The notes: a model not told the origin generated them from the letters alone. DNA of 64,000 nucleotides from Laetmonice hystrix (GCA_965235115.1 OZ249445.1:12400001-12464000); one strand, 5' to 3'. Positions 35,791-50,045 are shown, counted from the first letter of the stretch. A program made the numbers and translations.

Positions 35791-38700
35791 ATGGTGAGTG
35801 CAATTTATAGGCCTGCATTCATAATTTTATCCATAACAATAAAGAAAATTTGTTGCAAAGCCAGTTTAGTTTGTGATGCATTATATTGTGATAGTGGTTA
35901 AAAACACTTGAAATAGATCAATTCATTATTCACAATTGCCTGAATAGAGCTTGTTAAAGTCACACAAATGTAGTATAAACAATGAGCCTCTAATAGTTTT
36001 ATGTGCTCTTGGACTTTTCAGCCTCCAAAACCGTCATCAAAGGCAGAAAGTGTGAAGGTGGTGGTGAGATGTAGACCTCTAAACAGCAAGGAAAAGTCTG
36101 ATGGAAGAATACAGTATGTTAATAAATTATTATGGAAAACTCTCTCTGCCTATATAATTGTTGAACATTATGACTAGTCTAATGGGAGTGCTATGTGCTA
36201 AACTGTGTTTTTAGTCAAGGGTTTACATTATATTTGAAATGTCTGCCTCAGTGATATTAAGTATGGTTATCTTTTACAAATTGCATCAGAGATATAAAGT
36301 ATGGTTTCTAAAATTATATTGCCATGATGCTGTACAGTATACCCTTGATATTTCTGAGATTTCTATCATTAAATTTGACTTGTCCTTTCCATTGTTTTCT
36401 CAAAGAATTGTCAAGATGATAACAGACAGGGGAAGGGTGGAGGTGACTAACCCTAAGGCACCTCCTGGAGAGCAGCCAAAGTCATTTACATTTGATGCTG
36501 TCTATGATGCAGAGTAAGTACAGGATAGTAATCATGCATTTGTAGGAGATAAAATAAGATTTTGATTACAACCATATCTGAATAAAAGCATAAAGTTTTT
36601 GACTGTACCTAAGTAAAGGTATATTTGCACCTAGTTTCAGAAATACAAACCCTACCTTGGCCACTATTCCTGTATGTATTTATATTTAATGATAATTGTT
36701 TAAATACTTTTTAATGTTCTTTACAGCTCCAAGCAGAAAGATCTGTATGATGAAACATTCCGAGACCTTGTCCAGTCAGTCCTAGATGGCTTTAATGGAA
36801 CCATTTTTGCATATGGTCAGACAGGCACGGGTAAAACATTCACAATGCAGGGTAGGTTGATAGACATTGATAAAGCACCAGGTTCAGTTTTTCCAAATAG
36901 TTAAATTGTAAGATGAAAGAAAGATCAAGACAAAGTTGTTAGGTAGAAGTGAGATAACGATTTGTGACCATACATTTTATTTTTGCATTTCAGGAGTCAA
37001 GAATGATCCCGAACTCAAGGGTGTTATCCCAAATTCTTTTGAACACATTTTCTCTCACATTGCTCGGACAGAGAATCAGCAGTACCTTGTGCGGGCATCT
37101 TACTTGGAGATTTACATGGTTTGTAGATTTCACTTTAATCATATTTGACAATAAGTTAGGACACCTTGTATAGGAATCAAATATTATATTTTTCATCATA
37201 ATTAAGTTTATCTGTAGCAGTAAGATATGAACAATATGTGTACATGTACATCTAATTTCTCAGGAGGAAATTCGAGATCTTCTGTCAAAAGATCAGACAA
37301 AACGACTTGAACTTAAGGAAAGACCTGACACAGGAGTTTATGTGAAGGTGAGGAATTGAGCTCTGTCATTGCATACCTTTCTGTTTTTATGAAGTCTGAT
37401 ATGTCAGTCATGCTAACAAACATGTTTGGAGTGAAATTGTCCATAGTAGGTGACTCAAAACAAAATGCCTTGAACATTGGTATTTTAGTCCTAAATGATT
37501 CATCACAAAAATTACTTGTATGAATGCAATCAGATATTAATCTGTATTCAGTTCATATTAATTATCCTCTAGCTTAAATGAATTGGATATCTAGCTTCAT
37601 GATGGATTGATGTATTGTATCTTTTTAGGATTTGTCATCATTTGTTACAAAAAGTGGGAAGGAGATAGAACATGTTATGAATGTAGGAAACCAGAACAGA
37701 TCAGTTGGGTAAGTGAAAGACATTTTTTTCTTCAAATGAGATGGAAATACTAAAATGGTATGTGTGGAGTAAAATGTAAACAAAAAAACCTGTATTATTA
37801 CTGCCTCATGATCTAAGCAAATTTAAAGAGTAAAGAATGAAACCAATACATTTGTAGTGCACATGAAGTGATAGGTTACAAGTAAAAGACTATTATTATT
37901 ATTACTTTGCATTGCAGTGCTACAGACATGAATGAACACAGCTCTCGCTCCCATGCCATCTTCATCATTACCATTGAATGCAGTCAGGTGAGGACAATTA
38001 CAGATTTATTCGCGTAAAACCATATTTCGGGTACCATATGTTATGTATAACTTGAAGCATCTTTTCTAACAGGTAAATCGTTGTTTCCGTAGTCATTTTG
38101 TCATCAATTAAGTGTATTAACTAGGCTCGTGAATCAAATCCAAATAGCGATGTAAATTTGTGGTTTCTTAAATGTCTGTAGTACATTTTTAGGAACTAAG
38201 AAAAAGAAATTGATTGGACATGGGCTGGAAAAGCAGGGTTATTTCTAATTTATAATGTATCAATTACAGGATATGAGCACCGCTGAGGCAAGAAATATAG
38301 ATAAATTATTGGATTTGGTGATGATTTAAAAAAAGACGCAATGTTAACACCACTGTCACATGAACTGTAGTATAATATAAACTTGCCTACAAGTTTTTTT
38401 TCCCACAGACTTTCACATTCTGGTGTATAAAGACACTATAGAAATGGCAGGCTTTGAAATGAAGTTTCCTAATAATGTAGTTTCATTACAATATCATATC
38501 TTCAGAGGTAAAGCAGGTTTAACAAAATGGAAGATCTACAAACTTCTTATTTCAAAGCCTGCTGCATCTTTTTATGTAGATTTACTTTGTTGTAGAAATT
38601 GAAACTGTACCATACATGTATCTTATAAGTTATATGTCCAGATCACATGCAAATTTGCCAGAACTTCCCACATTCTTCCCCTATATTTACTTCCATTGCA

Positions 38701-41700
38701 TTTAATAGACTAAGAATATTTGATAATGTTTTTAACAGACGTTCCTCTTTCAAAATGGCTCTTAATGCTTTAAAAGTAAAATAAGTGAGAAAACTTGTGG
38801 GACAATCTGGTGATATGCTCACGATGAAGCAAAATCTTTATTTGGCATACCTTTTGGAAGTTTTGGTGAAGCAAGTGTCATTTATTCACCTTTTACCTTC
38901 CATTTTGGAAGACGGTAAGTGGCTTGGGGCCATTTCAGTGCCAACCTTCACGTGGCTGCCCCAAGGGTTCCAACTTTCTCACGTCCCACACAACTTTAGT
39001 CCTCACGTTTTCACCTGATCCCCAGGAGCCATTAGTTGGTGGCTCAAGTGGGGCGAATTTTTAAGCGATAACTAGGGGCATGGAATGTTGAAGAACAGCC
39101 GTCAAGGCTTGGTTCAGTAGGGAGAATGACGTTAATGAATGAGGATAATATGACCTTTTCATGTGACTTACAAGGCAGAACTACGTCTCTGGGTGTGGTT
39201 GTGTTAGCCCTTTGTTTGCGTGCCTGATCTGTTCTATGCTTGTTTATGATGGGCTTATCAGTAGCCTATATATAGTATATATTGTTTTATTTGCAGAATT
39301 TAGAATTGGCTAAATTTGAAAATCTCGGGACATTTCAATTTACCGGTATCTAACTGATAAAGAGAGTAAGCCTAGGCCATTCTCATTGTTCAGATAAAAC
39401 GTTTTAATTTAAAAAATGTAAAAAAAACCAATACTAATGATTAGCATTCTAACCTTTTCCAGATCACTGATCTATTTGTATTCTAAAACGTGCACATTGA
39501 CATAGCTTTCATTAAGGTTTATTTTGTGTATACTGAAGCAAGTGTTAGAAATTAGTACATGTTGTGTGAATTATTGGGAAATTTTAAATGTATTGAGAGT
39601 ATGAAATTATTTAGTTTGGTGACATTTCAAACGTATAATTTTATCTTGAGAATTTTAAAAGAACTTTCCACTGGTTTTTGCAAAAAGGGTTGATAAATCT
39701 TTGTTGTTTTGTACTTAATATATATTTTATTAATCATCATACATTCATACAACTTTTCACCTGGCTCCCCACAATACCATAATTTGCACAAATTTATGTT
39801 AATATTGATTTTCATGACATTCCCCAGGCTGTCCCTTAATTGGCCAGGCTCCCCTAGTGTCTTTTATATTTCACTGCACTTGATAGTTAAATTGAAAGAA
39901 TAAAGTTGCGCCTGATTATCACCATACCATGACAAGTTTCGTTTGTGTCCAGTTTGTATTGGAAGCATTCAGAAACCATTGGGGCGTTCTTATGGAATGG
40001 GAAAATGGTAGCCATTGTTCTTACTATTGTAAACAGGAGTCATGAAAACCACATAGGATTTTATCTTTGCCTACACTTTCACACATCTGGAACATCTGTT
40101 TTCACCCTCTTTTCATGGCTGCCAGTACTCTGGTCTTTGGTTTGGTCCAGGATTTTTTTGCCTATTTTTGCAATTAATTGTGTTATATTATGGTTGCCCC
40201 AGTGTCTGTTATCTTTAGCTACCCTGTGTGTATGAGGATCATAGTGATATATAGGAACATACATAAAGATTCAAACATTCAATTGTGGTCTAATCCATAA
40301 GTCAAGCCTTAACCATAGAAATACTCTTTAAAGGAAAATGGCCTAAAAATTGATCACATTAAATTTTTTTACATTAACAATAAAGAACGGTAAGTAATAT
40401 TGATTTTAGATAAGGCAGTTGGACAGTTGGTTTAATATTTTGCAACAAAAAATACATTGTAAATGTGCTATTGATTGTGTCATTTAATCCTTTTACTGTA
40501 GTGCATGTGATGGACAAAGACCTGAGTTTGAAGCCTGCAGCTGCTAATGAAAGACAGCCATGTTACATCATTACACTGGAGTGATGTATTTATTGTGATT
40601 AGACCGATAGTACTGACCGGAATGTTTTTTCATTCTTTAGGTTGGAGCAGACAATGAGAACCATATTCGCGTGGGAAAACTGAACCTGGTGGACTTGGCA
40701 GGGAGTGAGCGTCAGGCCAAAACTGGAGCCACTGTACGTGCCATGGATTTACATCTATAGCTTCCGACAAAAATGAAACTAAACTTAGTTGTAATCCGAC
40801 ATAAGCAAGTCTATTTTCCTTCCATTGATTTATAGATAAAATGTTGTGTATCAAATCCACAGGGTGATCGTCTAAAGGAGGCAACAAAAATAAATTTGTC
40901 ACTGTCTGCGCTTGGTAACGTTATCTCAGCGCTCGTTGATGGAAAGAGTGCACATATACCCTACAGGGATGCCAAGCTTACACGTCTTTTACAGGGTGTG
41001 TATCAGCATGAGATATTCTCATTTTCTATCCCTATTATAGAAAACTTTGTAAGTTTGGAATATAATTCGATGATTTGATAACATCAATATTTATGATGCT
41101 CGTATATAAAAGTGAAAGTGTTAAGAAATGACAGACTGAACTTGAAGATGGATTCTATTTTATCATTGTATATTAACTCTTGCAGATTCCCTGGGTGGCA
41201 ATGCTAAGACTGTGATGGTGGCCAATATTGGGCCAGCTGGATGGAACTTTGATGAAACGATCACAACTCTCAGGTTGTTAATGGATTTTAAAAGACACTT
41301 TTTGGATTATGCCCTTCACACTTGTCGAAACCGATTAGATGTATTCTGCCCCTGAGTTTTATTTTTCTTTGCAATGTTTTCACAGGTATGCAAACAGGGC
41401 CAAGAATATCAAGAATAAGCCCAAAATCAACGAGGACCCGAAGGATGCTCTACTGCGGGAGTTCCAGGAGGAAATTGCTCGCCTCAAGAATGCCCTTGAA
41501 AAGAAGGGTGGTCCGAGAACCAATGACAAAAAGAAAAAGAAGCGTCAGCATCGTAATGCAGATGGTGAGTACCCAATCAAATGCCATGGATTCTTGACTA
41601 AAACGTACCTTAAAAGTAAGTTAAGTGCTGATGATATTTTAGCTCCAGAAGTTAAATTCAAAGAAGCAAGTCAAATAAAAATTAGGATTAATGCGTAAGT

Positions 41701-44700
41701 TACCTCTTATTGAATATGACGGTATCTGCAGGTGAACTTGTGGATGACTCAGGGGATGAAGAGGAGGAGGATGGAGGCGACCAGAAATCAGAAGAAGACT
41801 TCATGCGAGAACAGCGGGAGAAACTAGAGACAGAGAAAACTGCCATCCTCAACAATCAGAGCCTCATCGCCGATGTGAGCAGAGGCTTCTCCTAATCTCG
41901 GAACCGGGGAGTCCCTCAAACAAAACCATAGTTCCCTGGAAATTTATAGTCATAGTGTTTGGTCTTTTACTGAAGCTATCTCTAGCATCTTGGCAGTAGC
42001 CCATAGATGAATACTGAAGGGGGTTCAAGTCTATTTTATGGGACTAGTTTCATTTAAGGTAAAAATCCTTTAAAAATTGAAGCCCTGTCAAAGAAAATGT
42101 CCTCTTAACGTGGTTCTCTTAATTATTTCTGAATTTTATTTCAGGAGAGGGAGAAATTGCTGGAGGATCTTTCTATAAAAGCCAAGAAGTTAGCTAAAGA
42201 GCATGAGGCAAAGGAAGCCATGGCAACCAAAATCAAGGTGAGCTGATTACATTATAACCGGCCTTTCATATTGAGACGTGTGTGGTTCACAGCTAGCACA
42301 TATTGTTGGTATACATTACCATACTGAGAAGAACAAACTGCATACTTTTGTTTCAGGCTATGGAGAGCAAGTTGCTGTGTGGCGGGAAAAACATCATAGA
42401 TCACACCAATGAACAGCAGAGAGCTTTGGAACAAAGAAGGAAAGAGATCTCAGAGCAAAAGGTAGGAAGGATTTGACTGAATAAATAGACAGTTAACAGC
42501 TTTACCACAGCAGTGTATTCTGATCAAACAGCCTGTTGTATCCATACACTGTGGGACTGCATCTGGTGTAGACACCAAGGGTGTGTTTCACTAAGCCCGA
42601 AAGACGTCTTTGAAATGGTCACCAAGCCAAAGAGGTCTTTGCAGCGACGGGTGTTTCACTAACCATCTATTAACATTGGCCCCGCAAAGACATCTTTCCA
42701 AAGACGTCTTTGCTAAAGACATCTTTCGTTAGTGAAGCGCACCCCAAACATTCCTCCATACAGTGTGCTGCCTTAATTAACATTATGTAACTTCTCCTTC
42801 CAGCGAGCAGAGCGAGAGCTTCAGCAGAGACTGGAGTCGCAGGAGGAAACTGCAATCAACCTCCATGACACTTACACATCACTCCAGCAGGAGGTAGAGA
42901 TTAAGACCAAAAAGCTGAAGAAACTGTTCTCCAAGCTACAAGCCACCAAACAGGAAATCCAGGACCTCCAGGAGGAACACGTCCGTGAGAGGCAGGAGCT
43001 GGAACAGACACAAAATGAGCTCACTCGTGAGCTCAAGCTGAAGTAAGTCAAGTCTCAGCCTTGAAGGGTAGATTAAAAAGAGGCAGCAATGTGAAAAATA
43101 ACATGTTGAATAAACTACAGTAATAGTAATATATTAGTTGTGTATATGTTTCTTTTAAAACTGATGATTATTACCAGAGGAGAAATATGGACAAACTTGG
43201 AAATTCAGATTGACAAAATCAAGTAGATGTTGGAGGTGATGGATCTTACCAGGAGCAAGAGAATGACAAAGAACGTTAATTGTATTTGTGTACTTTCTAT
43301 TCAGGATGCTCATCATAGAGAACTTCATCCCTCCTGAGGACAAGAACAAGATAATGAACCGGGCACAGTATGATGAGGAGGAAGACACATGGAAACTCAC
43401 GCCTCTCACAAAGGCAGGGTAAGGGGCTTTCTATGAGCTTCTATGAGTGGTCTTGTGCATTTATTTTCTGAACATGCTTCCATCATGGAACTTTCAGATC
43501 TTGGTGAATTGTGAATAGTAAATACGGTTGTTCCAGTAGAATACCTTTTTATATTGCTGAGTGATTTGCTAGACTTGCATGTGATTGACTGTCACTGTAG
43601 GTCTCAGACTATGGCCAAACGACCAATATCAGCCGTGGGTAATAGGAGGCCTGTATCTGAGTACGCCAAGACAGCAGCTGCCATGGGAGGCAACCCACGC
43701 TACAAGGTCAGCATAATAATGACAACAGGACCAATCACGCAATCCTCACGAAAATAATTGACATTTTTCTTTGTTCTAAGATAAGATTGTTTGAACTGAT
43801 TTTTAAAGTTCTACCTGTGTCTTTGTTACATAATCCATATCAGGGGGAGAACATACTGCAGGTAGAGTTGGACATGCCCAACCGTACAACACGTGACTAC
43901 GAGGGGCCAACAGTAGCACCACGTGTCCAGGCAGCACTGGATGCTGCACTCCAGGATGAAGAGGATATCGACATTGATGGAAGGTAGGAAGGCACCCTCA
44001 CCAACCTCCACCTAAATATGACTTGACAGGCAGGGGGATCCCTGTGGAAAAGTGAAGGCAAACTTATTGAAGTTCTCCATATATTTTGGCTGGTAGAATT
44101 TCCCAGGTGTGTGGCAGAGCTAAGATGTATGACATTCACATTTTTTTTCAGTCCTGCAGTGTTCAGCAACAAGCCGAGAACCAAGATAAAGAAGAAAGTT
44201 GGAAGGTACAAATAAAATCTTACTTAACCAAGTATTAAAGTGCTACAGACATCATATAGGCACCTTTACTGATCTAGATAGATCACTAGTTGTAGACGTG
44301 TCCAGGATAGATTTTTCTGATAAATTCTCTCAGAATTTGTAAAAATATTGACAATTTGAATCGCACGCTGCCCGTGATGATGCCCTAGAGGAAAGGCGAC
44401 AGGCAGACGGGTGGCCGGGAGAATTGGTCATTTTGATCACGGATTAGAGACAGTTCACGTTGTTGTACAACTGTTCCTTTACAAGTATTATCGGGATCTG
44501 GTACGAAATTTCATGTTAATTGTGATGTCTGTACCACTGTACCATGTAATAAATGTGCTGAGTATATGTGATGATAGGGACAACACAATTCGAGATGCCC
44601 TTTGATTATTATAATTATAGTATTGTGTTTGTTCTGCCTTGCAGCAGTATGAGCAGCAGCAGACCAAAGACAGCGAGCAGGAAGAATGTCGACTCATCAG

Positions 44701-44738
44701 GAATCTTCCCCACATCACGAGGCCTCGTTCCCAAATAG
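35791..44738 (+). CDS. KIF3B: Kinesin-II motor subunit KIF3B / KRP95, ~755 aa, 21 coding exons
   Basis: Exons: 35791-35793 (ATG only), 36022-36113, 36406-36513, 36727-36851, 36994-37118, 37264-37347, 37629-37708, 37918-37987, 40641-40733, 40863-40995, 41186-41273, 41386-41564, 41732-41874, 42145-42237, 42357-42461, 42804-43042, 43305-43418, 43601-43706, 43844-43983, 44152-44205, 44645-44738. All GT-AG, in frame, 2268 nt. P-loop GQTGTGKT, switch I SSRSH, switch II DLAGSE, KIF3B-type [26 protein letters not shown], neck [20 protein letters not shown], tail [10 protein letters not shown]. Confidence 0.96.
42578..42745. mobile_element. MITE (GGG...TTCACTAA TIR family) in a KIF3B intron
   Basis: GGGTGTGTTTCACTAA / TTAGTGAAGCGCACCCC; internal AAAGAC(G/A)TCTTT palindromic sub-repeats. 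Confidence 0.65.
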
Positions 44739-47077
44739 TCAGCCAGATGTGCAGTATTCTTGGAGGAGGAACCCCTCATCAGCATCTCACATTGTCATCT
44801 AAATTTCAAGAAAGTGGAAGAATTGTTGTTTGAACTCAAAAAGACGTTGATGCCTTTATGATTGACAAACACAAAAATTGAAGTACAAAGCCAGACAAGT
44901 ACATTTGATTATGTGGCCTGACATCTAACATGACAAAACCATTAATATTTAAGGGGCGGGGTCAGTGAGGAGAAAGGTTTGCAAAGAAGTTGGCAGGTAT
45001 TTAGGGGTTCTTTCATGTGCTTCACGAACAACGTTTCTACCTACTTAGGATGTGTGCCATCACATCTGAGTCAAGATCTAAAGTAGTCCAAGACTTGTAT
45101 CAAGTTTGGGAGAAACCTTATTCTACTTCTACAAATCCCAGTCCCTGCCTATGAACAGATCTTTTTCATTCAGTTCATGTTGATTTGTATAGAACCATGA
45201 AAATATGTGAAAGGTTTACCAGACAAAACTTTGCATCTGTATATATTTAGAGGCACTTCGTGACTTAATCAAATTTCCTGTCTAAACTGATTCAAAGTTT
45301 GGGACAAAGATTCACAGTCATCTTTGCCATTGGAACCTTTCTTTTTGGAGATTTTCAAGAGTCTATGATCCATTGAAATTTGCAAGTTTCTCCTTTGCTG
45401 AAGTGATGGAATTAGGTCGGTGACTTTTATGGCAACCTAGAATGGGTCTTCATGAACTGCCTTAAGAATCTTCATCTGTGGATAATACAAGTGAAACATG
45501 CGTTAAGTATTATTATTGGTAGTAATTATGAAATTATGAATATCTGCATCTAAAATTATGTTTACGGAAATCTCTATCTAAAGATTTAGTGTTGCAGAAA
45601 CTGCTTTTCAGGAGACTGGTGCACTGTAAATATAAGGAGGCAAGGCTCAGTATGAGTCTGGTTTATGAACAGACTTCAAAGAATTCTCCATATTGCTTGG
45701 AATTATATAATACTATATACATATTTGTACAGTTACACAGCTAAGTTAAAATGAATGTGTGTTGCCTATTATCGAGGCTGACTCGTAGGCTTCTGTGTGT
45801 TGTATGTGTTGTAGACAGTCTATGATCCAACCCTTGTCTTGCTAAGGTGGTTCTGAGTGACCAAAGTTTCTAGTCTGGAGACTGCAGTTGTTATGTATTG
45901 GCACTGCAGCCATATTATTGACATTGCAGAGACATTGCTGGCAGCGCAAACCTAGAGGCACTGTATCCCACCATATCTAGACAGACCAGTGATATTCATG
46001 TCTTTCCTGACAGATCAGTCCGATCACACAAATAGAACAAACCGGTACTATACACTGCGATATCGACCCCATAAAACAATATCATACAAAGTAAAGAAGC
46101 TTTCCCAAACTTCAAATGCGAATAGGAATGAAAGTATTTTGACAAGCAAAGCCTATAATACCATAATCAATACGGGATTAATATTTACCATGTATCATCC
46201 AATGGTATGACTTCTAAAGAAATATAGAGAAAATATGACTACCAGTGGCTGTCAAAGTCTGGTAGGTAGCGGGCAAATTTAAACTGCCTTTACAAAGGGC
46301 AATACTAGTCGATGGCTTCATCTGTAGTCACAAAATATGTTACCTTTTAACAGGGCCCAAATTCCAAACCTCTCTTAAGTTTAATTAGGGGCTACAGTTC
46401 AATTATAGTTGGGCCATATTTAATTTCCATAACAGTGGGCAAGGGTGTGTGAAGAATGTTCAGTAAGTGCTCCGAGCCTTTACCTCTTTAGTCAATAGTG
46501 TGCCATTAAATCTTAGCACAGATGCAAATATTTTTATAAGTTGTGCATGTGGCAATTGTATCATTTCCTGATGCTGTGATATATTTTTAGTCAGTATATG
46601 AAACGATTGTACTATTTACAACGCCAAAATATTGCATTATCACATGTGTGCAGTCTTCTTCTTTATTTATTTAGATTACGATACGTGTTTTTCCATTTGT
46701 TGCTTTGTTGTGTTTTATTGTTTTGTATATTATAAAATGCTTTTTTTTTTCATAAGTAGCATTATGTATGGTATACGAATACCCCCAGTACATTTAATAT
46801 TGTTTGTATGGACATCAACTAGTGTAGTAGGCAATTAAGTCCCTTGCTACAAGAAACAGCAAAACGTAACCTAGTACAAGACTATAGTGAAGAATAATGC
46901 ATGAGGTAGCGACTCTTGAAGCGTGAAAGGCATCTGACAGAAAAGTTCAAAAGTAGCGACATCTTATGGATATTAAATGGCACTGCCTGTACGTATGTCT
47001 TGGGCTGTCATATGTTTGAGGTTAAATATTTTTGAGAACCACTGTTTCTGGACGATTATTGATATTTTCAGCCTTAA

Positions 47078-47215
47078 GGCAGGTTTATAGTCCGTCGGCC
47101 GACCATCGCTCAACGTTAGGTCAAAGTTCACGTAGACTTAACTTGCGGTGATCGGTCGGCCAACGGCCGGATCACTGCAACTATAAACCGACGACCGACG
47201 GCCTATAAACTGGTC
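47078..47215. mobile_element. CpG-rich MITE
   Basis: Imperfect TIR GGCAGGTTTATAGTCCGTCGG / CCGACGGCCTATAAACTGGTC; TAA/TTT flanks. Confidence 0.55.
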
Positions 47216-50045
47216 TTTACTTAGAACAGGCGACCAACTGGTCTCCGCAAACAACTGTGTAAATCCATGTAATTAGCATGTCTTTTGTAGAGCAGTGTCC
47301 ATCTTTGCTACTGTTAAGGTCCCTAGGAATAGGATTCTTACAATACAGGCAATGTAGCAGACATGTTTATGTCTCAAGCCAATATTGCCAACCAGAAATA
47401 GCCAATTTGTTTCTAACGTAAAATTGCCCTGCATCATTGGTATGTACAATAGTAGTGTAACGTGTTATAAAATGTGAGCTTTCAGTCACTTGTGTGGCTC
47501 TCAAGAATATTGGTGGCAGTAAAAACGGCACATTAGCATTTTTTGCCAAATAGCAAGTTTTGCCAATGTTTGTTTTTGATTGAAGATTATATTATACCCA
47601 GCGATTTTGTCATGGGCATGTACATAGCAGGAAAACGACAGTAATAACCCCAGAGGTAAACATCTCCCACGTATTCTGTCGTAAGTCATGAAACAAATAA
47701 AACAAAATATGAGGAAGAATAACCTCTTAGAGAAACCAGGTGGAATGATCCTATTGAAATGTAAACACTCCTTGCAGTTTACTGTATAATACTAGCAAGG
47801 TCCGCTCCCCACTGTGTCTGGTGGAGTCTGAATTGTCTGTCACTACATGCTGTACATAGGCTACAACACACATTTACTGGGTATATACAGATAAGCTACG
47901 TAAATGGACGTTGTTGGGTGAGCGCCTTATAATTGCCATACTCCTGCATAATGAGGTTTTCCGTTCAGACAAGCCTCAAGTCAGTTTGATGGTCTGTGGA
48001 GGGCAAATAGAGAATTAGTCACAATTTCATTGAATGAATCCTAAACTGGCGTAGGACGACAGAAATGCCCTTCATAACACCCAAGCTGCCTTCCAAGATC
48101 CTTCTCGGACACGAGAGGATTAGGGTAAATATGTGTGGCGAAGGCAGAAAGGAGGTTTTGTTGCTTCTTTGGCCATTTCTATATGTACGAATACTGCCAG
48201 AAAGGGTTATGGCGCGTGATTAGTTAGATAAGCCCCCTCAAACACTTGGTTGTGTTTGAGTTTATTGTGGATCACTGGATTAATTTTAGAATCGTGTGTC
48301 TTGTCTCTGGCCAGGACTGGTTACTAAGAACGTGAATAGGTTCTATGCTGGTTATAAACGACACTTTTACCAAACTTTGCTAGCATGCTTGTTGATAATA
48401 TCAGTAATCCTGTTAACATACCTCGTCAGGAACAGCATGGCTGTTGTTACCAGGAGTGAAAGGCGACCAAGCTTTATAACACTTCTTTCATCCAGGCCAG
48501 GCCAACTGTTTGAGATGCAGTCAAACTTCATATTATTTCCATGGTGTCATGTGTTGCAGTGTTAATCTACACATCTTGGTCCTGTTTAATCCTTGTGCAT
48601 GATCTCAGAGCCTCAATAAAAGTGAGAAATCCTAGTGAATGTAAATCCATATTTAACTGTGTTTCTTTTGTGTCCGGAAAAAAGGCACTGCATAAGTCCC
48701 TTAACCTAATAAATCAAAACTTCAACAATTCTGAACAAGAGATGGCCCTGCCCAAGATCTACAAGGCATAATGCTAATATTGATGTACATTTGTACATTC
48801 ATCAGACATGCAACCGATGAGATTTGAAGGCAGTCAATGTTTGGATTGTGTTTATTTCATATTTCTAGTGGACTGTAGAGACAGAAGAATCCACACCTAT
48901 TTTGTGAGCATAACAGAAGAGAGTGCCAATGTCGATATCAGCTCAACACCAATTTAGATTATCCAGTGGTGTTGTAAGGTAGGAATGCTTCTGATGGTGA
49001 TTGACCCCATCCTCATACTACCTTGACAGATAGGATGACACGCTTAATTTGAAATGCTCTTCTAGAAGACATTTCTATGCCAGGGCAAAATAAATTTATA
49101 TCCCTGGTAACTGTTCAAAAATAAGCAAAACCACAAATGGTTATACCCAAAGTATCCTCAAAGATAACTTTCAGTGTAAATATGTACTACTGTACTCTGG
49201 AAGTATTCCTCGACTACTGGACCCACCAGTAATCGATCCCAATACATTTGTATTAAGAAATTGCATCTGCAGTAGTACCGTAACTACTGGTATGTAGAAT
49301 GTCTTGATTAATGTTGAGAGCTAAGAAGCCTCCAGCCTTCTAGGCAGTACTACTGCTCATATTCTTTCTCCCAATCACAGCCGCTTGTCATCAACGATGG
49401 GTTTCAATATACATGTACTCAGTGTCCCATTTCTCATTTTGCATCATTTGTACCATTGCACAATTTTAATTTCAATATTTTCCCCATTTAAATCAAATAT
49501 AAATTTAGATTAAGGCGAAGTGAATTTTACACCATTATGAAACAATTCCTGTCATGTTAAATTGTTCTGCTTTATAATTGGGAATGTGCCTACACATGTA
49601 TGGTGTACATTAACAGGTGCACCGCCATGAACACCATCATATCAAAAGCATACTTCTAGCAATAAAAAGAAACTTGTAACCCCTGTCCTTTAGACCATTC
49701 ATTTCATGTGAATTATCCTGTTTAAAAGGTTCATTAAATTTGAATCATTTAACTCATTCTGTTACCCAGCTGTATCCAAACAAGTCTTGTGAACACAAAA
49801 AACCAGGTGACAATTTTTAAAAGCCTTCAAAAAATTATCCTCATGTTCCTCGGATTGAAGTTTACAATACACGTACATCTTTAAAATCTAGGTCCAACTA
49901 CTATGGCCACGGCAATGTCTTGATTTCATTATTACAAATAGAATTCAGAAAGAAAGAACAAAAAAGTGACAGCAAGACCCAGTGGCCACACTGCCTGGAA
50001 ATGCATGTTTCCTGGGCTTAGAGCTGGCTTGGTGCCTGTGAAAAG

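Noticed and set aside
39130-39230. Possible C/D snoRNA in the large KIF3B intron
   Set aside because: C box is imperfect and there is no terminal stem; not supportable without a covariance search.
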